Below are positions 36,234-47,572 of a stretch of 64,000 bases of DNA, piece by piece. This stretch comes from an uncultured bacterium (GTDB taxonomy: Bacteria; Chloroflexota; UBA5177; JANWHV01): contig CAWHAE010000012.1 in assembly GCA_963827235.1 (NCBI GenBank), forward strand, positions 704,001-768,000, in the 5' to 3' direction. The position numbers and the translations under genes are program-made. The notes beneath the pieces are model-generated. The model was given only the letters and a program-made list of their open reading frames with translations. It searched no databases and was not told the origin of the DNA. Numbering within the stretch: position 1 is the stretch's first letter; each line of letters begins with the position of its first letter.

Positions 36234-37127
36234 CTAGGCCTGAGCGTTAGGAGAGGCCGTCAAGCGGCCGATCACATAGTAGCAGCGGGTGAGTGCGCCC
36301 GGCCGCGCGTCCACGGCGAAATCGAGCACGGCGTATCCACGGGCAAACAGATCCGCGAAGAGCGCTCGCGTGCCGTAGCGCCAGGCATGGGCATCCCCGT
36401 CGGCCAGGCGCTTGATCGTCTGGAAGTTCGACGGTACCTCGATCAGCATGGTGGCAGCGTCCCGCCCAGCCTCGACGTCGATAAGGCACATGTACGGCTC
36501 CTCGCCACCCTCCCGCACTTCGCACCGGGTGAGCACCGGGATCTTCGAAGCAAGCAACTCGCGCGCCGCCGGCGCCGGACGCTCGCCGGTGAGCCGGGCT
36601 TCGACAATTGACCGCCCAACATACCACGATGCCGTCAACCGATCGGATTCCATGCTGTGATTGAAAGCGTCCGCCATTATCCCGTACAGGTTCGGCGTGT
36701 ACTGGAACGCGATCGCCCCCAGGTGCCCGATGTTCAGGTGGGCATTCCGGGATTCCAGCGGGTCGAAGGTCCACACGACCAGGTCCAGGCCCTGCTGTAG
36801 CACGAACTCGCGCTGCCTGAGCTTCATTCGGAACCCGACGTGCCTGCTGCGCCATTCAGGTAGCATGCCGAGCAGGTGCGAGCAGTGAACGACTCTACCC
36901 TCCTTCAGTCCCGGAAAGCCCAACAGGACGCCAATCATTTCTCCAGCCGTACCGCGGGCACCGAGCAGCAACCCGCCGTACCGCTGAAGCGTGATCAGCA
37001 GGCCGGTCTGCAGGATCTCTGATTCAGCGCCCGACCAGACGCGGGCCTCCACTGCCTGCCATTCCGCCAGATCCTCAAACGACCGTACCTCGAAGATATC
37101 GATACCGTCATCCAACGCAGAATTCAT
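36234..37127 (-). CDS. GNAT family acyltransferase (D-amino-acid N-succinyltransferase-like)
   Basis: SHLLG, G..MKL.QR, WTFDPL..RNA.LN, NLYG...D, SDRL; adjacent to NSAR/OSBS. Confidence 0.82.
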   Translation of the reverse strand: MNSALDDGIDIFEVRSFEDLAEWQAVEARVWSGAESEILQTGLLITLQRYGGLLLGARGTAGEMIGVLLGFPGLKEGRVVHCSHLLGMLPEWRSRHVGFRMKLRQREFVLQQGLDLVVWTFDPLESRNAHLNIGHLGAIAFQYTPNLYGIMADAFNHSMESDRLTASWYVGRSIVEARLTGERPAPAARELLASKIPVLTRCEVREGGEEPYMCLIDVEAGRDAATMLIEVPSNFQTIKRLADGDAHAWRYGTRALFADLFARGYAVLDFAVDARPGALTRCYYVIGRLTASPNAQA

Positions 37128-37210
37128 ATGAGCACTCGTCCAACGTCCTGTCACACAATTGACATTGATTCCTATCGGGATTCTACCGCAAGGAAGCAGC
37201 GGTCAGGGAG

Positions 37211-39004
37211 TCAGCGGGCTCGTCGCACCGCGTGACGCCAGACGGGCAGCAGGGTGGCCGTCGATACCTCCGCGAAGACCGTGGCCATGGCACTGGAAAC
37301 CATGCTGCGCCGGTTGTCGAACAGCCAGTAGCGACACGACCATGTGGGATGGAACTTCTTGTTGAAGTCATACAGTGACCGCAGGGGAAGGTAGCGCACT
37401 CCTTCAAAGAACGCTGCGCGCGCCGCCATGATCGCGGCGCCCTCACCTTCAGGACATTCCTTGTCGCACAGCGTGGCAAAGTTGAGACTGAGCCAGCGGT
37501 ACCCGGCGTCCCTGAAATACTCCGCACTGCCGACGATCAGCGCTTCCATCAGGCCGTTTGGCGCATCGGGCAACCGCCGCATGTGATCCAGCGATAGGCT
37601 GTTCGCGGCGGGAACCGGAGCCAGGGTCAGAAACCCGAGGAGCCGGTCGGGCTCGCCCGTCTGGCCGGGAAGCACGGCCAGAGCCAGCCGATGCTCCCGA
37701 TCCCCTGCCGCTGGCAGCTTGCCGCTCGTCATCGAGAATCCCTGCTCAACGCCTCCGTGGGCCTGCAGCCATGCCCTGGACACGGCGCGGCACTGCTCCG
37801 CTAGGCCGGCATCCAGACCCGCCATCGTACTCAAGCGAATCTCGACACCGCGCGCTCTGACCGCGCGAGCGGCGCGCCGCACACGCTTTGCAAGCAGGGC
37901 TATGTCGAATCGCTGCAGATCGATCACCGCTTCCTCGCCAATCTTGACGGCCCGCATGCCCAACGAGCGGTAGTGCGCCATGGCTTCAGCCGATGCGCCG
38001 ACCACGCACACATTCAGGCCGTTGGAAGCGAATACGTCGAGAGCGTGCTCGAGGAGCGGCCGTGTGCTGCCGGGAGCGGCAACGGGATCGCCGCCCAGCA
38101 GGGCGGTGCCACCACGAATCACGTACGACACGAACCCCTGCCTATCGGCCGCGAAGATGTACGAACGGTCTCGTCTCATGTGGAAGTAGCACAGGGCGTC
38201 GGAGCCATAGCGATCGAGCAGCGCGCGCGCTCGCTCACGCTCTTCCTCCGTGGCCGGCGCGGTAGGTATGAGCGGGCGCAGCAGGTGAACAGCCGCGTAG
38301 ATCACTCCCACGAAAGCCAGCGCGTACAAGGAATCGTGAAACCACGGACCGCGCGGACCGCTGTATTCGACGGTAGGGGTGCCGGTCCACATGCCGACGA
38401 AGGCCGCTACAAGATACGGCACGGGGCGCGACGCAGGCCCGACCGTCATCAACACGCGCACCTGGTGGCCGAGCAACACCGCACCCAGTTCAGCATAGGC
38501 AACGCAGAGGCAGGCAAGCCGCAGCGTGCGCGTGGCAGCAGCACGCCAGGAGATAGGCAATGCCTGGACCACGAACTCGTCCCGGGCCCGCCACAGCAGC
38601 CAAGCGACGGCGAGGCAAAACGCCGCCTCCTCGAAGTCGATGCCGTTGAGCATATGCAGGACCGCCGATGCCACCAGAGCAACCATCGCCAGGCGTGCTG
38701 CACGCCGATTTCGCGCCGCCAATGACCGCGCGAGCATCACGGCCAGGATACCGGTAAGCACAATCACGGTCCGGCTCACCCGGATAGTGGAGGTGCCGAC
38801 CAGTGCTTCGAGCAGGATGAGGCGCGGATGAATGGCCGGAGTGAGTGCCGAGATCAGGTCGACCACCCCGGCAAGAGCCAGGAGCATGGCCAGCACGTTC
38901 GCCGTGGAGCTCGAGCGTCTCCCCCCGTCCCGGAGCATTGGTCCTCCCGTTGCGCTACGTCGGCCAAGTGCGAGTCTGGTGCTCGCTTGGCGTTCATCTG
39001 CCAT
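37211..39004 (-). CDS. Phosphatidylglycerol aminoacyltransferase (MprF/LysX synthase domain, DUF2156)
   Basis: TM region followed by RRDRSY, GGDPV, IGEEAVIDL, LDHMRR..APNGLME, SLNFA, FNKKFHP.W. Confidence 0.88.
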   Translation of the reverse strand: MADERQASTRLALGRRSATGGPMLRDGGRRSSSTANVLAMLLALAGVVDLISALTPAIHPRLILLEALVGTSTIRVSRTVIVLTGILAVMLARSLAARNRRAARLAMVALVASAVLHMLNGIDFEEAAFCLAVAWLLWRARDEFVVQALPISWRAAATRTLRLACLCVAYAELGAVLLGHQVRVLMTVGPASRPVPYLVAAFVGMWTGTPTVEYSGPRGPWFHDSLYALAFVGVIYAAVHLLRPLIPTAPATEEERERARALLDRYGSDALCYFHMRRDRSYIFAADRQGFVSYVIRGGTALLGGDPVAAPGSTRPLLEHALDVFASNGLNVCVVGASAEAMAHYRSLGMRAVKIGEEAVIDLQRFDIALLAKRVRRAARAVRARGVEIRLSTMAGLDAGLAEQCRAVSRAWLQAHGGVEQGFSMTSGKLPAAGDREHRLALAVLPGQTGEPDRLLGFLTLAPVPAANSLSLDHMRRLPDAPNGLMEALIVGSAEYFRDAGYRWLSLNFATLCDKECPEGEGAAIMAARAAFFEGVRYLPLRSLYDFNKKFHPTWSCRYWLFDNRRSMVSSAMATVFAEVSTATLLPVWRHAVRRAR

Positions 39005-39223
39005 TCATATTCTAGCCCTGCCCGTGGCCCGCGGAACAGTGCCGCCACTCCTCCTCACAGCGGTTGGTGGCAGCCCCAGAGCGCTGTGATGTACGCGTGG
39101 CGTGTCCACGTCACGCCGCGCGACGCACGTTCGGAATAGTACTCTGCCCGGCTTGCTGGCGCCCACGCGCGCATGTACGATGTCTGGTGAAAATTGGCTG
39201 CCTGTGGTCTGGAAGGAGATGCC

Positions 39224-39472
39224 ATGAACTCCGGGACGAGCGACCACACTGCCGCGGTCTCAGCTGCCCCGGCGGAACCCGATGCCGGCGCCGGCGAGGT
39301 CACCTGCCGGCCCAACCGGTACTGCATGGCAGCCGCTGGCATACTGGTCGATGAAGGCGTGTGCCCGGACCTGAGCGCGGCCGTGGCCTGGCTTTGCGAA
39401 GCCGGCATGGTATCCCACCGCACACTGTTCTTTCGCGCCGTCGACCGGGTGGCTGAGAGCGGACGCCCGTAG
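39224..39472 (+). CDS. Small hypothetical protein (82 aa)
   Basis: AAGGAG RBS; LVDEGVCPDLSAAVAWLCEAG segment. Confidence 0.55.
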   Translation: MNSGTSDHTAAVSAAPAEPDAGAGEVTCRPNRYCMAAAGILVDEGVCPDLSAAVAWLCEAGMVSHRTLFFRAVDRVAESGRP

Positions 39473-39477
39473 GGCGG

Positions 39478-40977
39478 CTACGCATCTAGCGCCTGGGCAA
39501 GTCTCTTGACGCCCATGCGCAGGGCGGTAGGCGCGGCCGTCGCGTAGCCGAAGACCAAACCATCCCGCGGCGGCGGCTGCATGCAGAACCGCGTCAAAGG
39601 CGCTACGCGGAGACGCCGTGCCGCGGCCTGCCGCACGATGGCCTGGGAAGTCCGGCCTGGCGGCAGCCAGGCCACGAGGTGCAGGCCGGATTCCGGTGCG
39701 GAAACGTCGAGCATGCCGCCCAGTTCCTGCCGGAGAGCCTCGACGAGCGCGTTGCGCCTCTCCAGATAGAGTGTCCGTGCCCTGCGCACATGGCGCACCA
39801 GGTGGCCCTCGGACATGAAGTCCGCCAGTGCCATCTGCTCCAGGATGGGCAGGTGCCCGTCGACGAAACTCCGTGCGGCAACCAGGCGATCGATCAACGC
39901 ATAGGGAGCGATCAGGTAGCCAAGCCGCAGCGAGGGGAAGAGCACCTTGCTGAAAGTCCCCACGTAGAGCACGCGACCGGTTGCGTCCAGGCCCTGCAAC
40001 GCTTCCAGGGGACGCCCACCGTAGCGATACTCGCTGTCATAATCGTCCTCGACAATCCAGGCACTCGCCGCATCGGCCCACGCAAGCAGCGACAGGCGTC
40101 GCGAGAGGCTCATCACTCCGCCCGTGGGAAACTGGTGGGACGGGGTGACCACGGCCAGCCGTGCCTCCGGGCAGCGCTGCCGTCCGCTCGAGACCTCGAT
40201 GCCTTCCCAATCCACGGGTACCGGCACCGGGCTGGCTCCGGCGGCCTGTAGGGCACCCCGCGCTCCCTGGTAGCCGGGCTCCTCAATCCACGCGTGGCCT
40301 GCTGGACGGAGCAGCACCCGCGCGATCAGGTCGAGGGCACCCTGGGCGCCGGCGGTGACGATGACCTGCTCAGGCGTGCAGCGCACGCCTCGAGTGATGC
40401 CCGCGTGCGACGCGATGGCCTCACGCAGCGGACCATATCCCTGAGCATGCTGGTAGCCCGCGGAGGCTGGAAGCGAGCGGCGAGCACGCCTGCTCAGCAA
40501 TTTCGCCCAGATGGCGTAGGGAAAGCACGTCGTGTCAGGCTGGCCAACCCGGAACACGTCCATCTCGCCGCCTTCACCGCCGGTCTCCGCCGCTCCAGAC
40601 CGGGGCTCGGCGGGACGCAGCGGCCTGTCGTGCACCAGGCTTGCCCGCCCGTCTCGGGAACCGGACGACGGATCCGTCCGGTGCGGTCCGACGAAGCTTG
40701 CCATGGATTCCAGGCGAGCGACCCGCGTGCCATCGCCTACCCGGCTTTCGACGTAGCCCTCCTGCAGTAGCTGGTCGTAAGCGAGGGCGGCGGTGTTGCG
40801 CGAAATGCCCAGGGCGCCGGCGAGGGCGCGCGTCGAGGGAACACGTACACCCGGCTCGAGTTGACCAGCGAGAATCTGCCCGCGCAGGCGCTCATAGAGC
40901 TGGCGGTACAGCGGCGCAGCCGCCGTGCGATCCAGGGCAATCGCGGCTTGTCTGATTGGTGCCGGGCGTTTGGACAT
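39478..40977 (-). CDS. MocR/GabR family PLP-dependent transcriptional regulator
   Basis: GntR HTH PSTRALA..LGISRNT, TPSHQFPTG, EDDYDSEYR, GTFSK.LFP.LRLGY. Confidence 0.95.
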   Translation of the reverse strand: MSKRPAPIRQAAIALDRTAAAPLYRQLYERLRGQILAGQLEPGVRVPSTRALAGALGISRNTAALAYDQLLQEGYVESRVGDGTRVARLESMASFVGPHRTDPSSGSRDGRASLVHDRPLRPAEPRSGAAETGGEGGEMDVFRVGQPDTTCFPYAIWAKLLSRRARRSLPASAGYQHAQGYGPLREAIASHAGITRGVRCTPEQVIVTAGAQGALDLIARVLLRPAGHAWIEEPGYQGARGALQAAGASPVPVPVDWEGIEVSSGRQRCPEARLAVVTPSHQFPTGGVMSLSRRLSLLAWADAASAWIVEDDYDSEYRYGGRPLEALQGLDATGRVLYVGTFSKVLFPSLRLGYLIAPYALIDRLVAARSFVDGHLPILEQMALADFMSEGHLVRHVRRARTLYLERRNALVEALRQELGGMLDVSAPESGLHLVAWLPPGRTSQAIVRQAAARRLRVAPLTRFCMQPPPRDGLVFGYATAAPTALRMGVKRLAQALDA

Positions 40978-41016
40978 CCTTCTCCAGTGCCGGCTCGAAA
41001 CCCTTCGCCCGGCAAG

Positions 41017-41086
41017 GCCATCGATTAATGGCCCCAGCAACACACAGGAATTGGCTCTTTCTACGTGTCCATTATCTTGCTATGCT
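41017..41086. promoter_or_regulatory. Candidate MocR-type operator boxes and -10 between the divergent genes
   Basis: AATGGCCC / ATTGGCTC direct repeat with inverted GTCCATT; TGcTATGCT. Confidence 0.4.
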
Positions 41087-41139
41087 GCCCGTGTAAGCAA
41101 GCATAGCAGTGCACTGCGACAGATCAGGAGGACTCGAGC

Positions 41140-41598
41140 ATGGCGGCACGGATGGATTACGCGCACGCGGCACCCAGCGCGATGCGGGCGATGAGAGGGC
41201 TGGAGACATATCTCGCGGGATGCAGTATCGAGCCGGCGCTTCAGGATCTGGTGAAGCTGCGCGCCTCGCAGATCAATGGCTGCGCCTACTGCGTGGACAT
41301 GCACAGCCTGGACGCGCGTGCGCGCGGTGAGACGGAACAGCGCCTCTATGCGCTGCCCGTCTGGCGCGACACGCCGTTCTTCAATGATCGCGAGAGAGCG
41401 GCCCTGCTGTGGACGGAGAAGCTCACCATCATCTCGGCGGATCAGGTGCCGGACAGCGCGTACCAGGAGGTACGGCCCCACTTTACCGACCAGGAGCTCG
41501 CCGATCTCACACTGGTCGTCGCCACGATCAACGCCTGGAACCGCTTTGGCATCAGCTTTCGCGACGAGCCCGGTCACCATGTACCGGAGCACAGCTAA
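41140..41598 (+). CDS. Carboxymuconolactone decarboxylase/AhpD-like protein
   Basis: LVKLRASQINGCAYCVDMH, ERAAL.W.E, INAWNR; AGGAGG RBS. Confidence 0.94.
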   Translation: MAARMDYAHAAPSAMRAMRGLETYLAGCSIEPALQDLVKLRASQINGCAYCVDMHSLDARARGETEQRLYALPVWRDTPFFNDRERAALLWTEKLTIISADQVPDSAYQEVRPHFTDQELADLTLVVATINAWNRFGISFRDEPGHHVPEHS

Positions 41599-41799
41599 GG
41601 AGGCGTGCACGGGCGTACAGGCAATTCCAGCGCACACTCGAACGAAGAGGTGTAGAGGACACACCCGCGTGCACAAGCGGGCGCGGATGCGATTCAGTGG
41701 TGGGCCACGACGCGTCCTGGATCCGTTCCATACGTCGGCTCACCTTGTCACGAAGGGCAATGGTTACCACGCAGCGCATGCCGCAGGAGGAAGGATGCA

Positions 41800-42531
41800 A
41801 TGGATCCGATCGTCGAGACCACGGCCGGTAGGATTCGAGGGGCCACGAGCGCCTCCGCGATCCAGAGCTTCAAGGGCATTCCCTATGGCGCGCCCACGGA
41901 CGGGCGCAACCGCTTCCAGCCGCCCGCAAGGCCACCTCGGTGGCCTGGCGTGCGCGACGCTCTGCACTACGGCCCCAGTAGTCCCCAGCCAGCCGGGGGC
42001 ATGATGGAGCGGCTGCTCGGCTTCAACTTCTCGGAGCCCGTGCCGAGCAGTGAGGATTGTCTGGCGCTCAACGTTTGGACGCCCGCGGCAGGAGATGGCC
42101 GCGAGAGGCCGGTGTTGTTCTGGTGCCACGGCGGCGGCTACACCATGGGATCGGGCTCGGGGGGCTTCTACGACGGCACAAACCTGGCGCGCCGAGGGGA
42201 CGCCGTGGTGGTGACGGTGAACCATCGCCTCGGTCCGTTCGGTTATTGCTACCTTGCCGACCTCGAGGGAGACGTCTATGCCCTCTCGGGCAACGCGGGC
42301 ATGCTGGATCTGGTGGCGGCACTGGAGTGGGTACGCGACAACATCTCGGCGTTTGGCGGCGATCCCGGGAACGTGACCGTCTTCGGTGAATCGGGCGGTG
42401 GCGGCAAAGTCAGCGCCCTGCTGGCTATGCCGCGTGCGGCGGGCCTGTTCCATCGCGCGATCGTGCAAAGCGGTCCCGGGTTGCGCGTGCGCAGTTGGGA
42501 TGGCCTGCCCACGGCGCAGCTCGGCCGATAG
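41800..42531 (+). pseudogene. Type-B carboxylesterase, 3'-truncated (243 aa)
   Basis: FKGIPYG, SEDCLALNVW, HGGG, GGDPGNVTVFGESGG; the C-terminal half with the catalytic Glu and His is absent. Confidence 0.82.
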
Positions 42532-42864
42532 TGCGCCAAGCTGGATACACCGGCGCGAGGAATGGAATTGGAGAGGTGGTACCGACCTCCCAGACCGCGA
42601 GCCCACATGGACAGTATGACGCAGGGGCTGGCTGTCCCACGACGATGGATGCCTTTCTGGGCGCATGCAGAGGCGGACGAGCCGGCTACAGTCGCGGAAA
42701 CGACGGGCCCCAACGTCTCGATTGCACAATGCAGGGTCTCCGTATCACGGCCGGCTCCCGCAGCGGGAAACGCCGACTGTACAATACGGAAACGAGCGAC
42801 GCCAGGCTGATTTTTCGGCCCTCTACCCGTGCGTTGCACGCTGATGAGCGCTGGGGGTCGCAGC

Positions 42865-45800
42865 ATGTCGGATCACGGTCTGTGCGTTGCCGGAGCCCCG
42901 CTCCACTATCTGCCCGGCGCCGTTACCGGCGAACTGGTCGAGATCAAGGGTGAAACCTTCTACCGTATCGGCAACCACGATGCCATGGAGCCGTTTCTGA
43001 TCAGCCTTACCAGCGATTCCGACCTCTGGATGTTCCTCTCCAGCAACGGAGCGCTCACGGCCGGGCGCCGCAGCCCGGATACGGCGCTCTTCCCGTACTA
43101 CACCGACGACCGCACGCATGATGGCCTGGACGTCACGGGTGCAAAGACCATCTTCGCGGTGCGGCTCGGCGATCGAAGATACCTCTGGGAGCCGTTCTCG
43201 CCCCGCTACGAGGGCCTCTATCGCCTGACGCGCCGGCTGTACAAGAGTACGCTCGGCAACAAGATCATGTTCGAGGAGACGAACCACGACCTCTCCCTGG
43301 TCTTCTCGTATGCATGGCTATCCAGCGATCGCTTCGGATGGGTCCGCCGCGCGATGTTGGAAAACACAGGCGGGACGCTCGCCGCGGTCGATCTGCTCGA
43401 CGGGCTGCAGAACGTGCTGCCGTACGGCATCACTCGGCGCTTCCAGCTCGAGTTCAGCACCCTGGCGGACGGCTACAAAGTGTCCGAGTTGGACGCCACC
43501 TCGGGCACCGCGCTGTTCAGGATGAGCTCGATACCAACCGACAAGGCGGAGCCGAGCGAAGCGCTGCGAGCGACCGTGGTGTGGCAGCACGGGTTGGAGC
43601 CGGCAGCGACGCTGCTGTCGACCCTGCAAGTCGAAAGGTTCCGGCGCGGGCTCGACGTCCAAACCGAACGCCTCGTGCGAGGGCGTCGCGGCGCCTACAT
43701 GGTGCTCGCGAGCCTGGCGCTCCCCGCCGGTGCGCATCACGTCTGGCATATCGCAGCGGACGCCGCGCGAGACGCCGGCCAGGTCGCGGCCATCGCCCAA
43801 TTCCTCGAGACCGCTGACGGCGTGCCGGCCGAGATCGACCGCGACGTGGAGCAGGGCAGCAGCAGCCTCGCGCGCATCGTGGCAGCAGCCGATGGCCTGC
43901 AGCGCACTGCCGATGCACTCAACACGGCCCGGCACTTCTCCAACACACTCTTCAACGTGATGCGCGGCGGCGTGCCGCATCGGGCGTACACCATCGACAG
44001 CGCCGATCTGGAGACCTCCATCCGGCGGGCCAATCCCGAAGTGGCTCGCAGGCAGGCAGGCTTCCTGCGCTCCCTGCCCTCCACACTGTCGCACCACGAC
44101 CTGCTCGCCCTGGCCCGCGGGCAGCACGATCCAGACCTGGAGCGCCTCGCGCACGAGTACCTGCCGCTCACGTTCAGCCGCCGTCACGGAGACCCCAGCA
44201 GACCCTGGAACATCTTCGCCATCGACGTCAAGGATGAACAAGGCCGGAGGAAGCTGAGCTTCGAAGGTAACTGGCGCGACATTTTCCAGAACTGGGAGGC
44301 ACTGGCGCTCTCATTCCCGTCATATGTGGAGAGCATGATCTTCAGGCTTGTCGATGCCTCGACACCGGACGGCTACAATCCCTACCGAGTGACGCGTGAC
44401 GGCTTCGACTGGGAGATCCCCGACCCGCATGAGCCGTGGTCGAACATCGGCTACTGGAGCGACCACCAGGTCATCTACTTGCTCAAGCTGCTCGAGTCGT
44501 CCGCGAGACACCATCCCGGCGCCCTCCTGCCGTGGCTGGCTCGCCCGGTCTTCGCCTACGCAAACGTGCCGTACAGAATCAAGAAGTACGAGGAACTCGT
44601 CCGAGAACCGCGGCACACGATCGTCTTCGATGCCGCGCTGGACGCCGCGATCCGGGAGCGACGCTTGGTAGAGGGCATGGACGCGGCTCTCGTCCGAAAC
44701 GCCCGCGGTGGTATCCACCACGTGAATCTGGCGGAGAAGCTGCTGCTCGTGTCGCTGGCCAAGCTGTTCAACTACATCCCGGGCGCCGGCATCTGGATGA
44801 ATACGCAGCGGCCGGAGTGGAACGACGCCAACAACGCCCTGGTCGGCAACGGCGTGTCCATGGTCACGCTCTGCTACCTGCGGCGATTCATGGTGTTCTG
44901 CCGCGAGCTGTTCGCGTGCCTCGACCTGCCCGCGGTAGATGTCTCAGAAGAACTGGCCGGGGCCTTACTGGAGGTGTCGGACATACTCGAAGGTCAATTG
45001 TCGTTACTCGACCGGCCGACCACGGATCGCGATCGAAGACGAGTGCTGGACGACCTCGGCCGGGCGGGCACAGCATATCGCGCCTCCGTCTACGACACAC
45101 GGATTCTCAGGCACCATGACTCCGCTGACCACCGACCGCCTGCGATCGTACTGTGACCTGGTGTTGCGGCACGTGGAATATACGATGCGCGCCAACCGCC
45201 GCGATGACGGTCTCTACCACTCCTACAGCGTCGCGAGCTTTACCGAAGACGAGATCAGGGTCGACAGGCTGACCGAGATGCTCGAAGGTCAGGTGGCAGC
45301 GATCAGCTCAGGCGCTCTCGATTCAGAAGAGGCAGCAGACCTCCTTGACACGCTTCGCCACGGCCCGCTGTACCGCGCCGACCAGGGCAGTTACATGCTC
45401 TATCCCGACCGGCAGCCACCCCTCTTCTTCGACAAGAACGTGGTAGACGAGGGCGCGCTGAGGCAGTCGCGTCTGCTGGCCGAGCTCTTGCGCCGCGGAG
45501 ACGGCAGTCTGGTGTCGCGCGACGTGGCTGGTCATGTCCACTTCAACGCCGGGCTGCGCAACGCCAATCTGCTGAGGAGGGTACTGGACGAGCTGCTGCG
45601 ATCGGATCTGGAGGACCTTGCCAGGGAAGAACACGCGCAGATTCTCGAGCTCTACGAGCAGGTCTTTGCTCATCGATCGTTCACGGGGCGCTCCGGCTCT
45701 CTGTCAAAGTACGAGGGCCTGGGCTCCATTTACTGGCACATGGTTTCCAAGCTGCTGCTGGCGGTTCAAGAGATGATACAGGGCGCCGTCTGTGCCGGCG

Positions 45801-46324
45801 AAGACGATACAGTCGTCGAACGCCTGAAACAGCACTACGCGCAGATCCGCGAAGGGATCGGCGTGCACAAGTCGCCGGAACACTACGGAGCAGTGCCCAC
45901 CGACCCGTACTCGCACACGCCCGCGTTCGCCGGCGCGCAGCAGCCCGGAATGACCGGCCAGGTGAAGGAAGACATCATCACACGAGTGGGTGAGATGGGA
46001 GTGATGGTCCGCGACGGCCGTCTGAAGTTCCTGCCGGAGCTTGTGAGCCGCCATGAGCTCCTGGACTCGTCTCGCCGATTCATGTTCTACGACGTGCATG
46101 GGGATCCGCAGCACATAGATCTGGCAGCCGGCAGTCTGGCCTTCACTCTTTGCCAGGTGCCGGTGGTGATGCATGGAGGCAGCGAGCGGCGCCTCGAGAT
46201 CACGGTGGAAGATGGCTCCAATCGTGTCGTCCCGGGCCTCACTCTCGACCCGTCGACCAGCGCATGTATCTTCGATCGCAGCGGAGCCGTACGTCGGCTG
46301 GACGTGTTCCTCGGCCTGGAGTGA
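42865..46324 (+). CDS. Probable GH149 beta-1,3-glucan phosphorylase, split by a frameshift near 45095
   Basis: About 1150 aa when joined; FSRRHGDPSRPWN, GNWRDIFQNWEAL, DGYNPYR, PEWNDANNALVG, YEGLGSIYWHM, TDPYSHTP, QPGMTGQVKE; family assigned from recalled motifs. Confidence 0.7.
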
Positions 46325-46411
46325 GCCAGACCTGTTCGACGCTGCATCCGGCGCTTCGGGGAAGGTCGCGACTTGCTTGCCAAAGCGTCCCGCATCTTGC
46401 GGCACGCCGCA

Positions 46412-47572
46412 TCAAAGCTGCGGCTCACCCTGCCAGGTGACGCTGTTGGCGAACAGGTCGGCAGAGAACTCGATTGCCGGGAGGAGCTGCGCCGGCGAGG
46501 GATGGTAGTTCTTATCCGGAGTGAAGTCGCTGAATGCCACCAGATCGACGGCGATGCCGTCGCGGATCGCGGCCTCGATGAGCACTCGTTCGTGCTGCTG
46601 CTGGCCGCCCACGGGCGCGACGACGACGTCGTACACATTCCCGTAGCCGTCAGCATAGCCGATCTCGGCCCCCGAGATGTTGAAGGCAAGGATCGCGCCG
46701 CTGAACTGGCTCTGCTGTAGTGCATCCACGATCTGCGCAGGCGTGCGCCCGTTCGCAGTCTCGCCCGACAGCTCGATGCCCCACGGCCCGTTGCTGCCCC
46801 GGCCCTCGTTCGACCACTGCACCGACTGCGCGTCCTCCGACGAGGGAGCGGCGTCCGCAGGGTAGTCGACGGTGAAACCGAACGCGCTGCTCGTGTACCG
46901 TCCCGCCGGCGCCATGGCGGGCACGGACGGGGCGGCCGTGGGCGATGCCGGCGGCGACGGGCTCGGCGCCTGGGACGCCGCTGCCGATGCCTGAAGTGAC
47001 GGCACCGAGCTTGGCGACAGAGCCGGCGAGGCGCCGGCAGTTGGCGCGGGCGGCGGGGAAGGGCTGATCGTGGGATACGGCTGCTGGAATGGACTGGGCG
47101 CTGGAGAGGCCGCCGCGCTCGGCGAGGGCAGTGGGGACGAGGACGGGCCGAGCGTGGGCGGCGGTAAAGGCGGTTGCGGAGACGAACACAGGGCCCCACG
47201 GCACGTGGCGGCGGATTGCGACATCACCAGTTGCGCCACAAGCGCCAGCACAGCCGCTGCCACGACGAGAACCGCGAGGAGAAGCAGCCAGGGCATTGGA
47301 GCAGCAGACTTCCGCGGCATGCCAGTCTGGTAGTACCCCGCGGCGGCAGGAGCGAAGACCGGAGGCCGGAAGGTAGCGGCCGAGTAGGCTGCCGCAGCCA
47401 ACGGCTGGCCACAATGCGTGCAGAAGCCGGCGCCGGGGCCGTTGGCAGCACCGCACCTTCCGCACACGACCGCCTGCGCCCTGAGCGGCGCGCCGCAGCG
47501 GCCGCAGAAGAGCGCCGAGCCATCGTTGGCAGCGCCACAGATACTGCAGTTGACGCCAGGCGGATTGGTCAC
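46412..47572 (-). CDS. Double zinc-ribbon, TM helix, Pro/Ser linker and PsbP-like extracellular domain
   Basis: Four CxxC pairs, LLLLAVLVVAAAVLALVA, P/S-rich run, FGFTVDYP. Confidence 0.8.
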   Translation of the reverse strand: MTNPPGVNCSICGAANDGSALFCGRCGAPLRAQAVVCGRCGAANGPGAGFCTHCGQPLAAAAYSAATFRPPVFAPAAAGYYQTGMPRKSAAPMPWLLLLAVLVVAAAVLALVAQLVMSQSAATCRGALCSSPQPPLPPPTLGPSSSPLPSPSAAASPAPSPFQQPYPTISPSPPPAPTAGASPALSPSSVPSLQASAAASQAPSPSPPASPTAAPSVPAMAPAGRYTSSAFGFTVDYPADAAPSSEDAQSVQWSNEGRGSNGPWGIELSGETANGRTPAQIVDALQQSQFSGAILAFNISGAEIGYADGYGNVYDVVVAPVGGQQQHERVLIEAAIRDGIAVDLVAFSDFTPDKNYHPSPAQLLPAIEFSADLFANSVTWQGEPQL

